From Candidatus Poribacteria bacterium (GTDB taxonomy: Bacteria; Poribacteria; WGA-4E; WGA-3G): a DNA stretch of 64,000 nucleotides. The notes beneath the pieces are model-generated. The model worked only from the letters and a program-made list of their open reading frames with translations, had not been told where the DNA came from and made no database searches. A program made the position numbers and the translations under genes. Positions 57,293 through 64,000 of the stretch are shown one piece after another. The stretch lies in assembly GCA_028820635.1 (NCBI GenBank), contig JAPPIG010000064.1, positions 195,074 through 259,073 on the forward strand. Direction: 5' to 3'. Position 1 is the first letter of the stretch. Every line of letters starts with the position of its first letter.

Positions 57293-58378
57293 TTGAATAT
57301 CCACCAATCTTTCATTACGTTCTTCAACAGTCTGATTGTTCAGATTCGACAATTGATTCGTAACCTTTTGCCGCCGCTACTTGCTATCTGCGGTTTTTTT
57401 CTTTTGTGCGGGGTTGTGCTAATCCTGAGAGGGCAGAATCCATGGGAGTTCTATGCGACAATTTTTATCAGTGGGTTTTCCAGTTTTGATGAAGTCGGCA
57501 GTGTATTATTTAATGCGACACCACTTATTTTTACCGGACTTGCTGTCGCTGTAGGGTATAAGGGTGGATTGTTTAATATCGGTTGCGAAGGACAACTCTA
57601 TGTTGCAGCTTTTGCAGCAACGTGGATAGGCTTGTATCTGAACCTTCCTTCTGTTCTATTAGTGCCTCTCAGCATAGGTGCCGCAATGATTACAGGTGCT
57701 TTTTGGGGCGCGGTTCCTGGGTTTTTAAAAGCGAAATTCGGTGCACACGAAGTTATCAACACAATTATGATGAACTTCATTGCGTTTGCCATAACGAATT
57801 TCCTCGTCACATCTGTATACAAAGAACCAAATCAGATGATTCCACAAACGTCTCAGATTCATGATGCAGCGCATTTACCTCGTTTAGCAGGTGTCTTAAC
57901 TTTTTTTCCACAAAGCAACCTGCTAAATGCCAGTTTTTTGCTCGCTTGTGCTTGTGTAATTTCATGTTATATCTTTTTAAAGTATACCCGATGGGGATAC
58001 GAACTCCGCTTAGTAGGTAACGCGCCAGAAGTTGCTGAATACGGAGGGATAAATCCTCGTGCCGTGACAGTATGGGTAATGGCACTGAGCGGCGCAATTG
58101 CTGGGTTAGCAGGTGTTGCAGACGTTATGGGGTATCGGTACAGATTCTTAGATGGTTTTTCATCTGGATGGGGTTTCACCGGAATTGCTGTAGCACTTTT
58201 GGGTAGAAATCATCCGTTTGGTGTATTTGCAGCTGCACTGTTATTTGGTTTACTTAATAAAGTGGCATTAGATATAGAACTTATATTAGAAGTGCCGCGC
58301 GGTTTATTTCTTGCCGGTCAAGGATTACTGATTATCGGGTTAGTCTGCATGGAAGGTATTTCAAAGAGAAATAACTGA
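57293..58378 (+). CDS. ABC transporter permease (BMP/nucleoside-type, YufP-like)
   Basis: 10-TM permease of the simple-sugar/nucleoside ABC family; start codon uncertain. Confidence 0.65.
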   Translation: MNIHQSFITFFNSLIVQIRQLIRNLLPPLLAICGFFLLCGVVLILRGQNPWEFYATIFISGFSSFDEVGSVLFNATPLIFTGLAVAVGYKGGLFNIGCEGQLYVAAFAATWIGLYLNLPSVLLVPLSIGAAMITGAFWGAVPGFLKAKFGAHEVINTIMMNFIAFAITNFLVTSVYKEPNQMIPQTSQIHDAAHLPRLAGVLTFFPQSNLLNASFLLACACVISCYIFLKYTRWGYELRLVGNAPEVAEYGGINPRAVTVWVMALSGAIAGLAGVADVMGYRYRFLDGFSSGWGFTGIAVALLGRNHPFGVFAAALLFGLLNKVALDIELILEVPRGLFLAGQGLLIIGLVCMEGISKRNN

Positions 58379-59220
58379 TGATTTTAGATTTGATTCCAAG
58401 CACATTGCGAATGACAACACCACTCGGTTTTGCTGCACTCGGCGGAATCTATTCCGAACGTTCAGGCATTATTAACATTGCCCTTGAGGGTATGATGCTC
58501 ATCGGGGCTTACGGTTATGTGGTTGGTGCACAGACATCAGGTTCTGCTTGGATTGGATTGTCCGTTGGCATCGGTTTAGGGGTTGTAATAGCCTTGTTAC
58601 ATGCAATTGCCACAATCACTTTTCGTGCTGAACAAATTGTCACGGGTATTGCGATAAACATTCTGGCGTTAGGCCTCACAGAGTATCTCATCCCTACCAC
58701 TGATAGGGTGCCAGGGTTACCAGAGATGGAATTGCCATTCATTGGTTCCTACAGTGTTCTTGTGTATCTGCTTCCTGTATTGATGGTTACGAGCCATATC
58801 CTACTTTTCAAAACGCCGTGGGGTTTGCGGTTACGTGCTGCCGGAGAGTCTACCGAAGCACTCAAAACACTCAGTTTAAGTCGCGCAAAGTGGCAGTATT
58901 TTGGTGTAATATTAAGTGGAGTCTTCGCATCGACTGGGGGTTGTTTCCTCACATCCGAAGTCCATTATTTTACAGAAGGCATTTCCGCCGGACGAGGATA
59001 CGTAGCGCTTGCAGCAGTAATCTTCGGAAAATGGCATCCACTTTATGGTGTTGCTGCGTGTTTACTCTTCGGATTTGCTTCTTCTTTAGAACTTGCTAAT
59101 CAGTGGCAAATTCCTGATCAGTTGATAAAAAGTTTTCCACATATCTTAACAATGGTTGTGCTCGCTGGATTTGTCGGCAGATCGCGTCCACCAGCAGCAT
59201 TGGGAAAAATGGAATCCTAA
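58378..59220 (+). CDS. ABC transporter permease (BMP/nucleoside-type, YufQ-like)
   Basis: Second permease, start overlapping the stop of the first; AALGGIYSERSGIINIALEGMM motif. Confidence 0.65.
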   Translation: MILDLIPSTLRMTTPLGFAALGGIYSERSGIINIALEGMMLIGAYGYVVGAQTSGSAWIGLSVGIGLGVVIALLHAIATITFRAEQIVTGIAINILALGLTEYLIPTTDRVPGLPEMELPFIGSYSVLVYLLPVLMVTSHILLFKTPWGLRLRAAGESTEALKTLSLSRAKWQYFGVILSGVFASTGGCFLTSEVHYFTEGISAGRGYVALAAVIFGKWHPLYGVAACLLFGFASSLELANQWQIPDQLIKSFPHILTMVVLAGFVGRSRPPAALGKMES

Positions 59221-59240
59221 ACGATTTGCATAAGGATCTC

Positions 59241-61634
59241 TTAACTCCCTTCATCCGTTAACTCATAATAACCAGCATGTCTGTTATAGTATCCATAGGA
59301 TTTAGCGTGCTTTGGACTTATCATATTGCATAACACGCCGATACCTTTTGATGGCAAAACTTCCTTAAGATGTTTTATCCCTGTCAACACATCAAAACGT
59401 TTAGTTTTCGTAATGTCAAATACATAAACGACAGCATCAACGATAGTCGCTAAAATAACCGGATCCGCTACTGCACGCACAGGTGGAGAATCGATAACTA
59501 TTACATCGTATTCAGATTTTACCAGTTCCAGCCATTGTGTCATCATATCTGAATTTAGTAGTTCAATAGGATTTGGTGGAACAGTGCCACCCGGCACGAG
59601 GTGGAAATTGGGAATACCAGTCTGCCTCACTGTTGACTGAAAAACATCATAACTATTTTCAGTGTTTATACTGATGAGTGCTTCGCTCAACCCTGGTTTA
59701 CGGGTGTCACTATGCGTTACCACTTGTGGATCGGATACAGAGTCTTCGGACGTATCAATCTCATCAGGGGATGTTATCTTAAGAAGTTGTTCTGTCGGGA
59801 AAAATGTGTGTTGCGACGGTCTACGCATATCCGCATCTATGAGTAATACCTTATTCCCTTTTTGCGCGAGCGCAGCAGCGAGATTGGAAGAAACAGTACT
59901 CTTCCCTTCTCCACGGGTAGAACTTGTGACAAGAACAGTTTTCAATCCACCACCGAGGTTAAGAAATGGTAGTTTCGCTACAAGCACTCTAAACGCTTCT
60001 GCTGTTCTGGAGTTAGGCGCGTCATTTACAATGAGAGGAATCCGATAAGCACTCCGTTTCTTAATGGAGGGAATAACACCGAGAAAACTTGGCGGCTCCG
60101 GCAGCGAATCTAATTGACGGACAGAATCTTCTAATCGCAAATATGTGTCTTTGAAGTAATTTTTGGCTACAGCAAATGTAAGACCGAGTAGTCCACCAAG
60201 CATTGCTCCTAAAACAAGATTTAATTTCATCCGAGGTTTGATAGGCTCTTCTGAAAGACGGGCATGATCTAATACCTTAAGACTATCTGTGCGGGCTTCA
60301 GCAACAATTTGTGACTCCCGTATTTTCGCCTCTAAAGCAACGACCTGTGCAGTGTAAATTTCAACATCGCGCTTAAGACGAAACATCTTCAACTGTTCAT
60401 CTGACCAACTCCCAAGTGTTTTGAGGTATTCATTGATTTGAGTAGAAACCTCTTCCTTTTGTTTCTTAAGGCTCTTAATTGCAGCTTCTGCTTCATTGAC
60501 CTTTTCTGTGAGTGCTTGATGAAGCGGGTTGAAAGATGACGTTGTGCTTGTAATTTCTTTTTCTTCTTTGGTAAGGCGTGATTTTGTTTCTTTTATTTTT
60601 TCATCAAGAGAGGTAATTTCAGGATGTGTTACATCCCCGTATTTTCCGATAAGTGCCTTCCGTTCAATTTCATATTCGTTCAAGTTGTCATTCAGTTTGG
60701 AATATGAAGGGTTCTTTGTTTTCGTTTCTGAAATAAGATTTTCTTCAATTTTTTCAAGGTCATCTTGATATGCTAAAAGCCTCAATTCGGCAGCAGCCAA
60801 TTGGCTTGTCAGTTCGTTTTCACTCAATTGCAAGGCTACAATCAGTTGTGCTTGGGTTCCCGCCTCAGCATTTAAAGTCAACTCCGTATTTTCTTGCTGG
60901 AATTCAAAGAGTTGCTGCTCCGAACTTTTCAGGTTCTGCTTTGCTTCCTCCAACATTTCTTGCGGGAGTGGCTTTTCCCACCATCGCATATTTTCCGTTT
61001 TCTCTGCATCAACAACTTGGATGAGTACAGCGGCAATTCTATTACACAGAAGCTGCGCGTATTCTGGGTACTGTTGTTTCACAGTAAGGGTGATAACGTT
61101 GCCATCCTGGGATTCTTCAACTTTTAACTTCTCATCAATAAGCGTTTTGATGAAATAGTCTTTCCACTCAGTATCAGTGAGTTCACCTTGTTCAGTCACG
61201 GTCGAATCCAATTCAATATTCAGAAAATTCGCCAACCGCTTCACTGTGTCCCCTCGGTGAAGTGGTTGTGGTTTCAACAGTTCTTCATCTATAAGTTGGC
61301 TGACTGTTGGGGCAATCACTAAGTCTCGGGATTGCATCAAAGTCGCGTAAGTGCCTAATGATGCACCTTTTAGGAATCCCGATAGTGGAAACTGTGAAAG
61401 TAATGAAGATGCGGATTGGTCATCAAGGATACGAAGCGTTGTTTCGGATTGATAAACTGGTGGTGTGAAATCGGTTACGAGGAATGCACCAAAGACACAA
61501 AGTAAAAAGATTGCAAGAACACTCCATTTATTCCGGAAAAGTATCCAAAAATAGTCTGATAATCGAATTTCTGTAATTTGTTCAAGTTGTCGATCAGTTG
61601 TTTCTGGCATATTAACCTCATTCTCGTTTTCCAT
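59241..61634 (-). CDS. wzc: polysaccharide co-polymerase / BY-kinase (Wzc-like tyrosine autokinase)
   Basis: N-terminal Wzz-like domain with 2 TM helices and long coiled coils. Walker A VTSSTRGEGKST, Walker B VIVIDSPP, C-terminal Tyr cluster YGYYNRHAGYY. Confidence 0.8.
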   Translation of the reverse strand: MENENEVNMPETTDRQLEQITEIRLSDYFWILFRNKWSVLAIFLLCVFGAFLVTDFTPPVYQSETTLRILDDQSASSLLSQFPLSGFLKGASLGTYATLMQSRDLVIAPTVSQLIDEELLKPQPLHRGDTVKRLANFLNIELDSTVTEQGELTDTEWKDYFIKTLIDEKLKVEESQDGNVITLTVKQQYPEYAQLLCNRIAAVLIQVVDAEKTENMRWWEKPLPQEMLEEAKQNLKSSEQQLFEFQQENTELTLNAEAGTQAQLIVALQLSENELTSQLAAAELRLLAYQDDLEKIEENLISETKTKNPSYSKLNDNLNEYEIERKALIGKYGDVTHPEITSLDEKIKETKSRLTKEEKEITSTTSSFNPLHQALTEKVNEAEAAIKSLKKQKEEVSTQINEYLKTLGSWSDEQLKMFRLKRDVEIYTAQVVALEAKIRESQIVAEARTDSLKVLDHARLSEEPIKPRMKLNLVLGAMLGGLLGLTFAVAKNYFKDTYLRLEDSVRQLDSLPEPPSFLGVIPSIKKRSAYRIPLIVNDAPNSRTAEAFRVLVAKLPFLNLGGGLKTVLVTSSTRGEGKSTVSSNLAAALAQKGNKVLLIDADMRRPSQHTFFPTEQLLKITSPDEIDTSEDSVSDPQVVTHSDTRKPGLSEALISINTENSYDVFQSTVRQTGIPNFHLVPGGTVPPNPIELLNSDMMTQWLELVKSEYDVIVIDSPPVRAVADPVILATIVDAVVYVFDITKTKRFDVLTGIKHLKEVLPSKGIGVLCNMISPKHAKSYGYYNRHAGYYELTDEGS

Positions 61635-61678
61635 GAATACGCCCTAATGGACAGCCCATTCTAAAATTATAGGCAATA

Positions 61679-61744
61679 GTCGGGAATCGGAGTTCCCTCC
61701 TACAATAGATAAGATTTCTGTAGGAGCGATCTCCGAATCGCGAC
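61679..61744. repeat. palindromic intergenic repeat element, copy 3 (reverse orientation), intercistronic between wza and wzc
   Basis: GTCGGGAATCGGAGTTCCCTCCTACA ...14 nt... TGTAGGAGCGATCTCCGAATCGCGAC. The spurious ORF 61618..61899 (..RFGDRSYRNLIYCRRELRFPT..) is a translation of it. Confidence 0.7.
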
Positions 61745-61829
61745 CTATAATATAAATGTAGACTGAACACTAAGGAAATAAGAAAGGATAAAAATGGAAT
61801 AGAGAACATATATTTTCTTTCTTGTTTTT

Positions 61830-63011
61830 TTATCTGTATCTTAACCAAACACTTACGACTAAGTTTGTCAGCGAAGCAGCGAAGCTCAAAACTCGCCAAT
61901 CAATCCGTGTTCGTTCTAATATTCGGAGTTGATCGTTTGGGTGAAGATAAACTTCTGACTGAACCAAATTAAAGTCAAGTTCTTCTTGTGTTCCATCGGC
62001 ACGTGTAAGGATACATTTTTTGGGGTTGGCTTTCTCCTCGTCTAATCCACCTGCCATTGCCACAGCATCTCTTAAAAGTATCGGTTCAGTAATTACATAT
62101 TGACTTGGCTTATCTACTGCTCCGACAACGCTAATTTTTGCCTCAGCCAGTGGAATAAATAAAACATCCCCTGGTTTCAACATTGCGCTAACATTTTCCG
62201 AAGTGAGATCAATAGGGGTATTTTCGGGACCGGTGATAATCTCAGCCTTTTTTAAATCTGCGAAGTCAGCTCTGGAACCACCTGCAAGTTTCAACGCTTG
62301 GTCAGCAGGGATCTGATTATTTGTAATTGGATAAAAGCCGGGAGTTATGACTGCTCCAATTACACGAATCCGTCGTTGTGCATAAATAGAAGGTACAATA
62401 ACAATATCATAATCTTTCAAAGGAATATCAACGCCACCTGTTTGAATATGCTCTTCGAAATTTACTGTTTTAAAAATCTCACCATTGCGCCAGACTGTAA
62501 TTTTGGTTAGATCAGCCAGTTCATAGTTGATTCCTGCCGCCGCCAAAGCATGCATCAAATAAACTTGTCCTGTTTCAAAAATATGCATGTTTCCTCTCGG
62601 TCTCTGATCAACTGCTCCGAAAACCAGAATGTGTCGTTTGGGTTGCATGAGTGTAACAAACACTCGGGCGCTCGGAAGTTTCTTGGCGAAAACCCGCTGC
62701 ATCTGTGCTTCAAGTTCTGAAACTGTTACACCTGTTGCCTTGATTAACCCAATGAGTGGGTAGGAGATATAGCCATCTGGTTGAATAGGAATGGGAACGC
62801 GGTCTTTAGTATATTCAGGATAACCTTCAACAGTAACAACAATACTGTCCCCAATCTGCAATTTATAAGTGGATGTTTCTGGAAACTGTGGACTTTTGGT
62901 TACAATGTTTTCATCAGAGGTTTCCTCAGCAAAAACGAATGGAGAGAAACTTTGAAATCCTAAAATTATCAGGGAAAGAAATAGAAAACGTAAACGTAAA
63001 AACGTGTTCAT
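61830..63011 (-). CDS. wza: polysaccharide export outer-membrane protein (Wza-like; Poly_export plus SLBB domains)
   Basis: Likely start at 63011 (signal peptide MNTFLRLRFLFLSLIILGFQSFSPFVFA); the ORF-track start at 63131 adds 40 aa. YKLQIGDSIVVTVEGYPEY...PDGYISYPLIGLIKATGVTVSELE is a Poly_export signature. Confidence 0.75.
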   Translation of the reverse strand: MNTFLRLRFLFLSLIILGFQSFSPFVFAEETSDENIVTKSPQFPETSTYKLQIGDSIVVTVEGYPEYTKDRVPIPIQPDGYISYPLIGLIKATGVTVSELEAQMQRVFAKKLPSARVFVTLMQPKRHILVFGAVDQRPRGNMHIFETGQVYLMHALAAAGINYELADLTKITVWRNGEIFKTVNFEEHIQTGGVDIPLKDYDIVIVPSIYAQRRIRVIGAVITPGFYPITNNQIPADQALKLAGGSRADFADLKKAEIITGPENTPIDLTSENVSAMLKPGDVLFIPLAEAKISVVGAVDKPSQYVITEPILLRDAVAMAGGLDEEKANPKKCILTRADGTQEELDFNLVQSEVYLHPNDQLRILERTRIDWRVLSFAASLTNLVVSVWLRYR

Positions 63012-63421
63012 AAATTTCACATAACCTTTTGTTTGCTTTCTTGGAGTACACCTTGAGATAATCTCATATTGACGTTTTTGGGACTTATGTTCTTTATTAT
63101 TTCTTAAAATTCTCGCGCAGACTTTCAGCAATACAGCGTTTTTCAGTATAAATGTTCCTTAAAGTGATTTCTAAAGAATTTTAGCAGGAATAGGGCAAAG
63201 ATTCAAGTGAAAATAGAAAAACTACCAAGTTGGAGTAGTAGTCTTTCCTCAGCCTTCATTTATCCTGTTTGTTGTAATCAGTTACGTTTTTCTTCAAGAA
63301 ATTTTGGAAAAAGTTACACATACTTGGTTGAGAATGTTTGTTGCTTTAACCTATTGAGTTATGCTAATATAATCTTGTGAATTTAAAAAATGTCTTTACT
63401 CAAATTAAAAATAAAAAGGTG

Positions 63422-64000
63422 ATGATAATCGGAGACATCATTGTAGATGAGTACATCTGGGGAGATGTAGACCGCATTTCGCCTGAAGCACCGGTTCCAG
63501 TATTTGAAATGGCTGCTGAAAGATCCGGTTGTGGTGGTGCTGCTAACGTCGCACAAAATATCGTTAGTTTAGGTGGCAAAGCAAAATTGGTCGGTGTGAT
63601 TGGAAAAGACAGAGATGGCGAAAAACTGATCCAGATGCTAAAGCATACAGGCGTAGGTACCGCTGACATCTGTATAGATGTCCAGCGCCCCACAAGCAAA
63701 AAAACGCGCGTGATCGTTAGCACTGCTACCACTGATTCGCTACAGCAAAATGTCAACAGGCCTGAAACTTTGTTTCTGCATCACGGACACCATCTACTTC
63801 GGATTGATAGGGAATCTAAGCAGGAAATCAGTGTTTTAATAAAGGAACGTCTAATGAGCGCTATCATATCTCAAATGGCAGAGAGTGATGCAATTATTTT
63901 CGCTGACTATGACAAAGGTGTTGTCAGTGCTGAGTTGATAAAGGATGTCGTAACGCATGCCAAACCTTATGGCATACCGATTATTGTCGACCCAAAACAG
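63422..64000 (+). CDS. hldE: D-glycero-beta-D-manno-heptose-7-phosphate kinase (HldE/RfaE domain I), 5' part, runs off the window
   Basis: MIIGDIIVDEYIWGDVDRISPEAPVPV... matches the RfaE/HldE kinase N-terminus (PfkB family). No stop before the window end. A GTG at 63377 is an alternative start. Confidence 0.7.
   Translation, partial: MIIGDIIVDEYIWGDVDRISPEAPVPVFEMAAERSGCGGAANVAQNIVSLGGKAKLVGVIGKDRDGEKLIQMLKHTGVGTADICIDVQRPTSKKTRVIVSTATTDSLQQNVNRPETLFLHHGHHLLRIDRESKQEISVLIKERLMSAIISQMAESDAIIFADYDKGVVSAELIKDVVTHAKPYGIPIIVDPKQ

Noticed and set aside
1-64000. Searched for CRISPR arrays, tRNA or rRNA genes, integrase or transposase genes
   Set aside because: No regularly spaced direct repeats, no cloverleaf-like GC-rich 70-90 nt segments in intergenic DNA, and no recombinase-like ORFs were seen. 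The only repeats are the three REP-like palindromes and the inverted repeats at 5.8-6.1 kb.

Overview
This is a bacterial chromosomal window, gene-dense, with AT-rich intergenic spacers and no rRNA, tRNA or CRISPR that I can see. The core is a complete division/cell-wall (dcw) cluster: rsmH-ftsL-ftsI-murE-[alpha/beta hydrolase]-murF-ddl-mraY-murD-ftsW-murG-murC-ftsQ-ftsA-ftsZ. It is non-canonical in several ways. There is no mraZ and no murB. ddl sits after murF. A hydrolase gene followed by a strong terminator splits the cluster. MurF carries a polytopic membrane N-terminus in place of its usual domain 1. Around this lie housekeeping genes: nagB, thiI, a nadD-yacG-yqeK-rsfS operon, an M19 dipeptidase, a PP2C phosphatase, glpD and a DegT aminotransferase. 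There are also orphan ABC permeases (a Liv-type set and a nucleoside-type set), a Wza/Wzc polysaccharide-export pair with a partial hldE, and an accessory region at 37-49 kb. The most unusual content is as follows. (i) A 1429-aa secreted mosaic protein combines a Planctomycete-type cytochrome-c (CxxCH) module, internalin-like LRRs, a cohesin-like module, a dockerin, and a T9SS-type C-terminal sorting domain. (ii) Three secreted LamG-domain paralogs share a strictly conserved C-terminal tail, VEPxxKL(T/A)TTWGxxKxxR; each is monocistronic with a perfect hairpin terminator, and one lies directly upstream of the giant protein. (iii) A ~55-65 bp palindromic repeat family occurs three times, once between wza and wzc. 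The domain mix (T9SS C-terminal tail, PSCyt domain, FtsZ present, many TPR/LamG/LRR proteins) suggests an uncultivated, possibly FCB-group or candidate-phylum bacterium. That placement is inference, not established. All calls come from reading the translations and DNA motifs; no database search was run.
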